The notes: generated from the sequence alone by a model not told the origin. DNA of 64,000 bases from an uncultured archaeon (GCA_000965745.1 CP009479.1:2016001-2080000), one strand, 5' to 3'. Positions 50,976 through 60,311 are shown, numbered from the stretch's first letter. Numbers and translations are program-made.

Positions 50976-51923
50976 GTGCAGGGTGTGGTCATAAGCAGTC
51001 CTTATGAGGACTTTGATCTTTATACATACTTCGTTGAACTCGTGAAACAGATACCTGAAGGAAAAGTTGCATCGTATCTTGAGATCGCAAAGGCACTTGG
51101 GGACCCAGTGGCAGCTGTTTCATGCGCGTACATGCAGTCAGAGCTCAGGGAAGCGCAAAACGTGCCGCTTCACAGAGTGGTAAGGGCATCGGGAGAACTG
51201 GGTGGTTACAAGACAATTGAAGAGGTAAGGGGAGATACAGCCAGGCTGAGAGATGAGGGCCTGACGGTAAGATCCGGGAAGGTAAAGTTTGTCGATTCCC
51301 ACAGATTCACCGATTTTGAAACAGAATACCCGCTGGAAAAAATGAAGGGAGAACAGGAAAAACTCTCAGAGAGAGTGTCCATGGATGACGATTTTGACGA
51401 AGACCTAATAGGCGCGGTGGATGTCTCTTACGACGGAAGAAAGGGTTATGCCGCATTCTCATACGCTGAAGATGACGAATATATCAGCAGGAACCGGTCG
51501 ATGGATGCGAATTTTCCCTACATTCCCGGTTTCCTGTTCTACAGGGAGTACAGGTTCATAAAGCAGCTTGCCAGGAATTTCGGGGGTACCTTGTTAATCG
51601 ACGGCAATGGGCTGATCCATCCAAGATTCTTCGGTCTTGCATCAGCAACTGGCGTTTTCCTGAATAAGGCCACAATAGGGGTAGCCAAATCACTTCTCCT
51701 CGGGAGAGTCAAGCACAACTGGGTCCTTTATAGAGACAGAAAGATCGGTTATGTCCTTAACAGGAACACGATCATCAGCCCGGGGCACAGGATTTCAGTT
51801 GATTCAAGCGTTGACTTCATGATAGGGAAGTATAACCATGTGTATCCTGAGATTCTTAAGATAGCCCACAACAGTACGGTGAAGTTGAGGAGGGAGCAGA
51901 CAAAAATTCTGGAGGCCAGCTGA
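50976..51923 (+). CDS. Alkyltransferase-like (MGMT-fold) / endonuclease V fusion
   Basis: IPEGKVASY.EIA and PLHRVV (Cys absent) followed by EndoV motifs AVDVSY, PYIPG, RE, IDGNG..HPR.FGLA, IGVAKS, SPGH, AH. Confidence 0.92.
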   Translation: MQGVVISSPYEDFDLYTYFVELVKQIPEGKVASYLEIAKALGDPVAAVSCAYMQSELREAQNVPLHRVVRASGELGGYKTIEEVRGDTARLRDEGLTVRSGKVKFVDSHRFTDFETEYPLEKMKGEQEKLSERVSMDDDFDEDLIGAVDVSYDGRKGYAAFSYAEDDEYISRNRSMDANFPYIPGFLFYREYRFIKQLARNFGGTLLIDGNGLIHPRFFGLASATGVFLNKATIGVAKSLLLGRVKHNWVLYRDRKIGYVLNRNTIISPGHRISVDSSVDFMIGKYNHVYPEILKIAHNSTVKLRREQTKILEAS

Positions 51924-52342
51924 TTCGGTATTTTACTGGCACCTCATAGCATTCCATGCATCCAGCGCATTCCTTTTGTTGAACGCGTCTCCTGAACAAA
52001 GTAAAACGTGATTAACTTACAGCTGCGTCCATGCTGGACAGAAAAATGGCGGTTTTGCAGAGTCAAACTTGCAGCCTTTCACACAAACCGACATGAGTTG
52101 GACCTCATCTCTGTCTTCTCTGTGATGGTCCTGCATTACGGCATGATGTTTCCCACTGGCATGGGAACTTAACATGGCTGGGCTATTCATTATGAACGAC
52201 ATCTATGGGTTCTCAATAAAATTCTTCTAAAATAGAATCCGTGGAATAGGCACCTTCAAGGCAATGACTGCAGACTGCAGTTTTGGCAAATCAAGCTGCC
52301 CATCTCTGAGAGGGCTCGACATAGCATTGAAGTTCCCGGATC

Positions 52343-52720
52343 TCATTTCCATTCCAGAAACTTCATCCTGTTTCCGAACGGGTCGTCGACATAGAACCTG
52401 TCATCACCAGGCAATGGTTCATCTTCTTTCACGGATATGCCTTTTGCCACAATCCTCTCCTTCAACACGTTGAGATTCTTCACATGTATTGCAGGATGCG
52501 CTTTCTTAGCTGGCCTGAAATCATGGTCAATGCCTATGTGTATCTGGTTTGTACCGCATTTGAACCAGAGCCCGCCTCTCTTCTTCAGGTTCTCGGGTTT
52601 CTCAATTTCTTTCATTCCCAATACACCATGAAAGAAATCTCTGGCAACACCCTCGCTTCCCTCGAGGGCTGCTAACTGCACGTGATCAATGCCATAGTAG
52701 TCAAAACTCATCCAATTCAA
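52343..52720 (-). CDS. VOC/glyoxalase family protein
   Basis: IDHVQL, FF.GVLG, HPA, RFYVDDPFGNR. Confidence 0.9.
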   Translation of the reverse strand: MNWMSFDYYGIDHVQLAALEGSEGVARDFFHGVLGMKEIEKPENLKKRGGLWFKCGTNQIHIGIDHDFRPAKKAHPAIHVKNLNVLKERIVAKGISVKEDEPLPGDDRFYVDDPFGNRMKFLEWK

Positions 52721-52864
52721 CTCATGGTTAGATGCTTGAAGTATACAAATACATTAAGTAGAGTCCAAGCTCCGCCCACTAAATAAAATAAGAGAGATAA
52801 CTTAGCTCAATCTGCACAATTTGGGAATTTTTTAATATACTCCAAGAGTATTTAGGAAACCATT

Positions 52865-52949
52865 GCGGAGGTTGTCGAGCTAGGTCAAAGGCGATGGATT
52901 CAGGGTCCATTCCCGTAGGGGTTCGCCGGTTCGAATCCGGCCCTCCGCA
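52865..52949 (+). tRNA. tRNA-Leu(CAG), used as integration site
   Basis: GCGGAGG/CCTCCGC acceptor, ATGGA TTCAGGG TCCAT anticodon arm, long variable arm, TTCGAAT; TTTAATAT about 30 nt upstream. Confidence 0.95.
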
Positions 52950-53240
52950 TCCCTATATGGGTTTGTGCAGTTCACTACCTCCGATTTTTGACCGGAGTGG
53001 GTATTTAAAAAGGTTTTCCATTGGTCCGTGTTATCTATTGTGTCTATATCATAACCTGAGACTCTGTCTTCGTGATCATTACTTGGATTACATAAGATCT
53101 GAACACTCTCAAGACAGCTACAAGTTTTAGATGTGGAAATCTGGAACCTTATCCATAAGCACACACTAAACCAGGAAGTTTCAAAGTTATTTGATAAAAA
53201 TGAATCTTTGTGCAGATTATCAATGCATAGCGATGTACAC

Positions 53241-54326
53241 TTATGAATATATTGTTACTCCGCACATGTTGTAATTACTGTTGAGCCACCCTCCAGTGAG
53301 AAAGCCATCTTCATAGGCTCCCGGAGCAGTTTCTGGCTCATAGGTACCATAAAAGTTGCCTACATTTCCTTGGGCTAGAGGATTTGGACCACCAGTCCAG
53401 TAGTCAAACGTTTGGACAAGAAATGTTTGAACCCAGTCCCCCACGTTGTAGGGTGCATTTGTGGTATAATATGAATATTGCCCATTGGCCACAGAGGCCA
53501 AATTGAGGTTGTAGAAAGTATTAACGTTGAATTTAGGTATTTGGTCTTCGTGTTGTGTTGCGGTATCTAATGGTGCTTCTGTCATAAAAGCGGACCAAGT
53601 TGTATGCACGGTTGTTGGTAGATTCACCGTATCACTATGTGAATAACCCGATGAGTCACCCCAGTAGAATGTAATTTGATTGAAGTATCCGTTTGCGCCA
53701 GCGTTTGTAGATATCGACAAATACAGGGTGCTACCAGTAGGAACTGTAACTGCTCCTCCATTTCCGTTAGAAATACCTACATTATATGGAACACCATAGT
53801 TGTTGTTATTGTTTAAACTCAAATACTCCCACCACAGATATGCGTGATTTGGTCCAACATTTGCTGACACACTATCTGACGGATTCAATGGTACTTTTAC
53901 AGTTTTATCTGGTGATATGCTATACCCAAGCTGTATTAATCCATTATTTCCACCATGCCCACCTTCAAGACCTATCCAAGCGGACATCATCGAAATTGTA
54001 CAAGTAGCAATCGTGCTTGGGTCTTGTACTGCTTCAACATTTACATAAGAATTCACTGAAGTGAAACTGGAGCCTGAGGGAGCCCAAAATTCATAACCAC
54101 CCCAAGCATAGCTATTATAATACTGGGCCTCAGGTCCTCCATTTTTTGGAATGGGAGAAGTAGAATTCTCGTATATCGTTTGCATAGAAAATGGTCCAAA
54201 AATTTCAGAGGCGTGTTGTGAAAGAACTTTCTCCAAGGGACTGTCAGCAATTTGTGGTGCTAGGATGCTAATCACTGCGACAGCTATCAGAACAATTGTC
54301 AGAATCTTTCTGATTATATTTCTCAT
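53241..54326 (-). CDS. Secreted G1-family (eqolisin-like) glutamic peptidase
   Basis: Signal peptide, then SYAWGGY, SAWIGLEG, LIQLG (Gln), WWEY, AFMTEAP (Glu) in G1 order; start moved to ATG 54326. Confidence 0.7.
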   Translation of the reverse strand: MRNIIRKILTIVLIAVAVISILAPQIADSPLEKVLSQHASEIFGPFSMQTIYENSTSPIPKNGGPEAQYYNSYAWGGYEFWAPSGSSFTSVNSYVNVEAVQDPSTIATCTISMMSAWIGLEGGHGGNNGLIQLGYSISPDKTVKVPLNPSDSVSANVGPNHAYLWWEYLSLNNNNNYGVPYNVGISNGNGGAVTVPTGSTLYLSISTNAGANGYFNQITFYWGDSSGYSHSDTVNLPTTVHTTWSAFMTEAPLDTATQHEDQIPKFNVNTFYNLNLASVANGQYSYYTTNAPYNVGDWVQTFLVQTFDYWTGGPNPLAQGNVGNFYGTYEPETAPGAYEDGFLTGGWLNSNYNMCGVTIYS

Positions 54327-54599
54327 TATTTTTATAATATGGAAAGCTATGAAAAGTTTATTAAACATAAAAATGATGGTATTCAGTACAAAAAGGGCGG
54401 ACTAAATCCCCATCACTTTGAACATTCCCGAATAACAAGAGAATCTGTGGCCAAATTCACTATACCTACCTTGGACTTGGGGTCAACTCCCCGGTGGATC
54501 GTTTGAAAAGCTTTCAATTGAAGGAAGTATGCCTACCTACTTTGCCAAAAGGAAGTATAAAAGACTGTCCCAGCAGCATTTTCTATTGTGCCAAATAGA

Positions 54600-54926
54600 T
54601 TATGTTGTTGTACGGCTTTGCTTACTATGCCACAGTTGTCTAATTGACAAAATAATTACTATCACAGAAAAGATCAATACGAGTATAGAGGTCGTGACAA
54701 TACCTGCGGTCGTATAAAACCAGAAACTCCCAGAATAATGTGCTGGGCCCGGGATACCAGGAGTATTCGGCAGGTTGAATATATTGTACAATGCTTCGGA
54801 CCAGAATATCAGACCCAGCATCCCGGCCATCAACCCAAATATTGAAACCAAATTCCAAAATCGTAATCCTACGATCGACACCATTTTATAATAAACTAAG
54901 AGAGGATTTAACTTTAACGCTACCAA
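54600..54926 (-). CDS. Small 2-TM membrane protein
   Basis: Two hydrophobic helices; same strand as and upstream of the peptidase. Confidence 0.55.
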   Translation of the reverse strand: MVALKLNPLLVYYKMVSIVGLRFWNLVSIFGLMAGMLGLIFWSEALYNIFNLPNTPGIPGPAHYSGSFWFYTTAGIVTTSILVLIFSVIVIILSIRQLWHSKQSRTTT

Positions 54927-54934
54927 TTCCTATA

Positions 54935-55346
54935 TTAAAATGTAATATCACCATAAAAATAAGCCTTCTTAATTTCTTCATAACATGGAATGTAGTTATC
55001 AACTTGTGAACGGCCTCTATTCTTCAATATACGAAGTTAAGGCTCTATTGTTTCCTCTTGCACTTCTCCATCATTCTCCAGTAGGAATTTGAGGTAATTT
55101 CTCAACGTGAGAACGCAATATCTATGACTTCCCTGTATGGAATTAAGGTACTTTGTCAAGTCTTTAACTGTTGTAAGCCTGTATGACCTGAAATATTTGG
55201 TATAGTACTGCAATATGGCCTTTCTGTGTCCAGAGCTTGTGCTCTTTAACTCCAACCATTGTTTAAAGTTTCGATATTCATTCAATCTAATAGGTTCAGG
55301 GTCCATTCCCGTAGGGGTTCGCCGGTTCGAATCCGGCCCTCCGCAT
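54935..55346 (-). pseudogene. SSV-type tyrosine integrase fragment reading through the att site
   Basis: CGGPDSNRRTPTGMDPEP (att-encoded) then FKQWL...LRNYLKFL...EP* and, in the same frame past the TAA, LRILK..RSQVDNYIPCYEEIKKAY; catalytic domain absent. Confidence 0.75.
55295..55346 (+). repeat. att direct repeat (3' half of tRNA-Leu)
   Basis: TTCAGGGTCCATTCCCGTAGGGGTTCGCCGGTTCGAATCCGGCCCTCCGCAT, exact copy starting at the anticodon loop. Confidence 0.97.
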
Positions 55347-55492
55347 ACTATCCAAAAGAAGGGAGAGACGAAAGGGTTTCAAAATCACTTAATTCCGGGT
55401 TCCCTGAACGATTTTCGGTGATATTTAATTGTTGTCGAGGTCCTAATATATAAGTATAGGAATATAAGGGGGAGGCTATCGGGCAGATAACC

Positions 55493-55708
55493 TTATCTTA
55501 CTATGAAATAGACTATGATGATCCCTACCATTATGATCACAATGCCACTCATGACGAGTTCGATCCTTTGCACTATTCCAAAGTAGTGATACCACGAGAC
55601 CGTAAAACCTATTGAACCCGTAATTCCAGCGTAGAATAATACTACTACTGCTATTGCTCCTGCTAATCCTAATGCCCCAGCCATTATCAAACCTGCTTGT
55701 TCAACCAT
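55493..55708 (-). CDS. Small 2-TM membrane protein
   Basis: 71 aa hydrophobic ORF. Confidence 0.55.
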   Translation of the reverse strand: MVEQAGLIMAGALGLAGAIAVVVLFYAGITGSIGFTVSWYHYFGIVQRIELVMSGIVIIMVGIIIVYFIVR

Positions 55709-55904
55709 TCTGTTTCGCCTTCTTTTTTAATTACTGCGGAAATACCTATATTACGAAGTTTATACGCAATAATCTTTCATAAATATAGATTCTTCTATAT
55801 AGGAATAATACTGTAAATATATATAGTGATATTGTAGCAAAAATAACTACGAATATAAGAAATCAGATACCAATTGTTTTTATAGAAATCCTCAATGTAG
55901 AGCC

Positions 55905-56891
55905 ATGCGTAATGATAAGGTGTCGTTCTCTATGACTAAACAGGAGATACATGAGCTCGAAGCAATCAGGTTAAGATACCTATTTTCAGACAAATTCTTT
56001 CCGCCTATCCTTGACTTCAAGGACATTGTCCAAGGTATGTTGTATCTAACAAGAGTAGCGGTGGAAAAAAATCGCAACTCCTTAAGAGGTTTTGTGAATC
56101 TTTTATCTCAAAAACGTGAGCTTCCGATGGTGACACCAGATGAGTTGAGCGATGACGAAGAGGAGCAATTCGACTTCCAGAAAGATGAGGTCAGAGATGA
56201 GAAGCACCAAACAAATGAGACTACATCAGAAGATGCGAGAACCAGAAGTTATATTTTTTCTGTTAGCGAGGATGACAGGCAGAACATCAATCGGATCAGA
56301 TCACTTATTTCTGAACACTCCCGATTTCAAGACCAGATTTTCAAGGATTCTGAAATAATCAAAGGCTCAATCAATTTTGTTAGACGTCACAAGTGGAGAA
56401 ACATAGAGTTCTTCCATTACACTTACTTCGGAGCATTATATGATTTGGTGCCTATAACAATGTTAAAAATGGTATATCCTCTCGATAGTGTTCCCATGAC
56501 GAATGAAGAGGAAGCTGAGGTTGGTGAAATCGAGTTGGATAAGAAGGTCATATACAAATTTCTCGTTAAGCTTAAGAACGTTGATCCTCCCAATACCGTT
56601 GAAGAGCTATATCAATTTGTAAAAAACGGTGAACGCAGTGAATTTGCTGGTCTAAATTATGCAGAGGCTTTTCTTGGTTACTGGCTCATGTCAAATATGC
56701 TTCCATACAATACAACAATATTCTCGTTTTCATTGATGTTATCAGCTATGTCGTTGCTTGATAAAGTTGAGTCTAATGAGGCTACAACTACTTGGAATGA
56801 AGCAAAGGATAGATTCTCACTAATTCTGAATATAACCCTTGATGCGGTAGTTAATGGAAATAGTGAAAAGAATAAAGATGGAAATAAATGA
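55905..56891 (+). CDS. Hypothetical protein with two ribbon-helix-helix-like repeats
   Basis: KVSFSMTKQEIHELEAIR..DFKDIVQGML aligns with SYIFSVSEDDRQNINRIR..KDSEIIKGSI; acidic linker between. Confidence 0.6.
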   Translation: MRNDKVSFSMTKQEIHELEAIRLRYLFSDKFFPPILDFKDIVQGMLYLTRVAVEKNRNSLRGFVNLLSQKRELPMVTPDELSDDEEEQFDFQKDEVRDEKHQTNETTSEDARTRSYIFSVSEDDRQNINRIRSLISEHSRFQDQIFKDSEIIKGSINFVRRHKWRNIEFFHYTYFGALYDLVPITMLKMVYPLDSVPMTNEEEAEVGEIELDKKVIYKFLVKLKNVDPPNTVEELYQFVKNGERSEFAGLNYAEAFLGYWLMSNMLPYNTTIFSFSLMLSAMSLLDKVESNEATTTWNEAKDRFSLILNITLDAVVNGNSEKNKDGNK

Positions 56892-57225
56892 TTTATGCAA
56901 TAAATGAGACAGATTTATATGAACCGCCATCAGCGAAAAGATAGTCATTGTTGGTTTCAAGGGCTTGAATAATCTTCTCCAATGAATTAAGGGGCCAGCG
57001 CAAAGTCAGTTTTCTGGATGTTTGTATTGAAAAGAGACTATTTCGGAAAAAATTGGATCAGGAGGATTCAACGACACATAATACCTGAGCATCATTTGTT
57101 TAAGAATCCGGTAAATTATAAGGTTTTTACCTTGCTTGAACTATGCTCTTGTTTTCCACCAACGGGCTTGTAAATAAACGGCTCATTTACTCAATAAGAA
57201 AACAGATAAATGCGGGTTGTCAAGT

Positions 57226-57630
57226 TCAGTAGTCAAGAACCTTCACATCTATTTCGGCAATCTTGTCGACCCCTTTGAAATCCTGATCATTTGTTATCAG
57301 CCTGACCCTGTTCTCAGCACAGATTCCCAGAATGATAACATCCAGTTCGTTTATCAATTTCCCATTCGCCCTTAGCTTTGTATATATGTCCGCACAATAA
57401 CCTGCCGTTCTCGAAGTAAAGTCATAAACTTCAAGCTGGTTCAGGAATGACATTTGCACCTCCTTTTTGCCCTCCTGCAGATTTGATATCAAAATCCCAC
57501 GCAGAAACTCATATTTGTTGATGACAGTTATGGCGGGCGTTTCATCCAGGACATCATTCAGGGCTGCAACCACATTTTTCTGTCCATGAGCCAGACCAAT
57601 CAGTATGTTTGTGTCCAGCACGGTGACCAT
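57226..57630 (-). CDS. vapC: VapC PIN-domain toxin
   Basis: VLDTNILI, YEFLRG, D.II, LITNDQDF. Confidence 0.93.
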   Translation of the reverse strand: MVTVLDTNILIGLAHGQKNVVAALNDVLDETPAITVINKYEFLRGILISNLQEGKKEVQMSFLNQLEVYDFTSRTAGYCADIYTKLRANGKLINELDVIILGICAENRVRLITNDQDFKGVDKIAEIDVKVLDY

Positions 57631-57634
57631 ATAT

Positions 57635-57871
57635 CTACAGCTCCTTTATGTCCCTGGATTTCGAGCGTTTCCTGGCTTCTAGGACTTCTTGTTTCATTTT
57701 GCCGGCCTCTTCCTCTGAGAGTGTGGCTCCAGCGCTCACAAGGTCACGGATTGTGAGCTTCTTGCCTGATTCCTTCAGGAGTTCCCGGATAATGAAGGAA
57801 AAGGACTTGTTGTCTTTGCGTTTAGACAACTCTTCGTAAACATCATCCTGAATGGATATCACTTTCACCAT
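57635..57871 (-). CDS. vapB: VapB antitoxin (archaeal RHH type)
   Basis: MVKVISIQDDVYEELSKRK..KSFS.IIRELL, directly upstream of vapC; start moved to ATG 57871. Confidence 0.9.
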   Translation of the reverse strand: MVKVISIQDDVYEELSKRKDNKSFSFIIRELLKESGKKLTIRDLVSAGATLSEEEAGKMKQEVLEARKRSKSRDIKEL

Positions 57872-57900
57872 GCATACATATATGCATCTATACATTTAAA
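57870..57900 (-). promoter_or_regulatory. vapBC promoter and operator
   Basis: TTTAAAT box about 25 nt before the ATG; palindrome ATGCATA-CATA-TATGCAT (57870-57887) overlapping the start. Confidence 0.6.
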
Positions 57901-57953
57901 TTCTTGTCCAGATCCCTGCATAATCTTTCGCGGGAGTGTCATTCATACCCTGT

Positions 57954-57968
57954 ATCCAGCCCTCCGCA
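57954..57968 (+). repeat. Degenerate third att remnant
   Basis: ATCCAGCCCTCCGCA matches the tRNA-Leu 3' end ATCCGGCCCTCCGCA at 14 of 15, same orientation. Confidence 0.6.
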
Positions 57969-58434
57969 CTAGATTCAATAGTGCGAATCTGAAAATTAGC
58001 CAAGTACCCTATTGCATGAGCTTGAATACTAGATTCCGGAAATGGGGCTATTTTGCGGCAAGCTTATGAGACAAATAGTTGATACTAGAGAGGGTGTTTT
58101 ATGAGTGTGAACGTGACCTCATACGATGGTAACGGCCAAACATTGAGAATCTGGTGGAAAGGACTACCTACTCTATGGTAGGATGCCCCTCTGCTCACTG
58201 TCATTGTACCATCCTTATACCTGTTCATTGCCTACAAAAATTTCTTTCTCCTGACTCTTCAATGCCCGTATGTAATGGAATAAACTACCGGAAAAAAAGG
58301 AAACTTCTACAGTGAAGAATTCGTCTGATACAATGTCAGGATATAGGCTCTCACTTAATCATGGACCTTCATAGTTTTATATGAGCAATAAAGATATGCA
58401 AGAAATCTCGCCGCTTATATACTTCGCATTACAC

Positions 58435-59435
58435 TAGTGTGTTGCATAATTCCCCTGTATAATGAAATACAGGGGAACGATTTGTTGTTATGACACCACA
58501 ACAAATCACTGCAATAGGCAATAGAAGCACAAGAAGATATTGGGTTGGTTCTAACCGAAGGCATGACAGGTACAACCGATCCTTGGTGAACAGGGTTGAA
58601 GACCTCATGGACCCTTCATTCCTCATGAACTGGAAGAACCTGCTGCAGGATAACAACAGAGGAAAGAGAGGACATCCCTTCAAAACACCAAATGCGTTCA
58701 TAACATTCCTTGCGAAGCTGAGAGCACTGTACAGCGTTCCCTTCAGGTCTCTTGAAGGAATTGCCAGGGTATTCTCCAGGATCTCGGGAATCAGGACAGT
58801 GTGCTATACCAACATATTCAGGAGGATCAGGAAGATCGTGCCAACTCTTCCCCATACTGATGGGAAACCGGTGGACTGTGCCATTGATTCCACCGGTTTC
58901 AAGATCACTATCAGGGGCGATTATCTGGGTACTAAATGGAATCGCCGCAGAAGAGGATGGAACAAGCTCCATGCGGTCATCTCAATACATGATGTCTCGG
59001 TGCTCTCCTTCTCCATCACCGATGAGCATGTCCATGATGCGAAGGAGGGCAGAAAGATACTGGAATCTGTCAGGGACAGAATACTGAGGATATACGGAGA
59101 CAAGGGATATGATTCAAAGAAGATATTCAATGACTTTGGGCATGGCACAATAATACCGCCAAGGAAGAACGCCTCCACACAATCCAGGGGATCACCGGCA
59201 AGGGCTAAGGTTGTCAGACAGATCAGAAGGACATCTGAGAAGAGGTGGAAGGAATCGGTACAGTATGGGAAACGGTGGAATGTAGAGATATATTTCTCAG
59301 GTCTCAAGAGAACAATGGGTGAGGTGATCAAGGCTGTCAGGTCTGATTACATAGTTCAGGAGATCGCCCTGAAGGTGCAGTACTACAACATCATGAGAGA
59401 GATGACACATGCCTATTGAATTGTGCAACGCACTA
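58435..59435 (+). mobile_element. IS5-family insertion sequence (1001 bp), intact
   Basis: 18-bp TIRs TAGTGTGTTGCATAATTC / GAATTGTGCAACGCACTA (2 mismatches); 9-bp target duplication GCATTACAC at 58426-58434 and 59436-59444. Confidence 0.95.
58490..59419 (+). CDS. IS5-family DDE transposase
   Basis: AIDSTG, W.KLH, HD, GDKGYD, IPPRKNA, RWNVE..FS.LKR. Confidence 0.95.
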   Translation: MTPQQITAIGNRSTRRYWVGSNRRHDRYNRSLVNRVEDLMDPSFLMNWKNLLQDNNRGKRGHPFKTPNAFITFLAKLRALYSVPFRSLEGIARVFSRISGIRTVCYTNIFRRIRKIVPTLPHTDGKPVDCAIDSTGFKITIRGDYLGTKWNRRRRGWNKLHAVISIHDVSVLSFSITDEHVHDAKEGRKILESVRDRILRIYGDKGYDSKKIFNDFGHGTIIPPRKNASTQSRGSPARAKVVRQIRRTSEKRWKESVQYGKRWNVEIYFSGLKRTMGEVIKAVRSDYIVQEIALKVQYYNIMREMTHAY

Positions 59436-59483
59436 GCATTACACAAAGGTATTTTAAGTCTAAACAACTATATACTATCGGAT

Positions 59484-59951
59484 ATGCACAAACTCTTTCA
59501 AAGAATTTCTGGTTTCTTCATAAAGGAGGCAGTTATGAGTGTATATATAGTGATGCTTTTCTTGGCATTCAGCACTACATATAATCTCCCAGTATCCAGT
59601 TTCCTCACTGTGATGTTCCTCATACTCACTTCAGTTCTTCTATTGATGATACCCGTAATGGATATCAAAAGGATAAGGCACAAAATAGTTACCGGGACCC
59701 TGTTGATATTGTCCGGAACAGTAGTGACCTTATATGGCATTCTGCCTCATTTTATTGTTGCTGCCTACGATAAGTCCGTAATTGCTAAAATTGAGCCCGG
59801 TTTCCACCCCTCAACTCCAGTGCTCTTAGCCATTCCCCCGATAAGCTATTGGGTAATAGGCATCGGAGTGGTTATCTTTGTTACAGGAATGATTCTTATT
59901 GCTTCCAGGTTTGTTATATCGGAAGGTATAGAGAACTCTAGTTCTATGTAA
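59484..59951 (+). CDS. Hypothetical 4-TM membrane protein
   Basis: Hydrophobic ORF; start moved to ATG 59484 because the track's start lies inside the IS. Confidence 0.65.
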   Translation: MHKLFQRISGFFIKEAVMSVYIVMLFLAFSTTYNLPVSSFLTVMFLILTSVLLLMIPVMDIKRIRHKIVTGTLLILSGTVVTLYGILPHFIVAAYDKSVIAKIEPGFHPSTPVLLAIPPISYWVIGIGVVIFVTGMILIASRFVISEGIENSSSM

Positions 59952-60311
59952 ATGTAAGCTGTTTAATCAGTCGACTATTGACTTGCAGAACCTTGTACTT
60001 TTATAGGTCCCAGCATGGTGCTCAGGCACTATCCTTCGACTTCTAATCCGCAGTTAAAGGTTTTCAATACTCGCTCATGGCGGGAGAAGGATACACCAGA
60101 GACTGGATCAAGCTCAGCTTCCATGCCTGTCAGCTACTTCTCTTACACTCACTAATAAAATATTAAGTAGATATGTAAACCTTGAAGGGTCAAGGGAGAG
60201 GCACATCTACTCAATAAAATGGATCCCTCTAACAGCCTGGAGATGACTTGAGACCTCCAGCCACAGGACATATGGTTGTTTTCATTTCTGTAAATGCCGG
60301 ATTGGATTCCT

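Larger units (their letters stand above)
52899..55346. mobile_element. Collapsed integrative element bounded by 52-bp att repeats
   Basis: 52899-52950 is identical to 55295-55346; interior is visibly AT-richer; integrase fragment abuts the distal att. Confidence 0.85.

Noticed and set aside
52880-53164. 94-aa minus-strand ORF as the intN half of the integrase
   Set aside because: It crosses att in a different frame from the intC fragment
55295-55346. Second tRNA-Leu gene
   Set aside because: Only the 3' half from the anticodon loop is present; no acceptor 5' strand or D arm
57035-57090. EKIGSGGF resembling a protein kinase Gly loop
   Set aside because: Followed immediately by a stop, with no other kinase motifs
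60009-60050. PSMVLRHY resembling the catalytic-Tyr end of a tyrosine recombinase
   Set aside because: Too short, and no upstream catalytic motifs in frame
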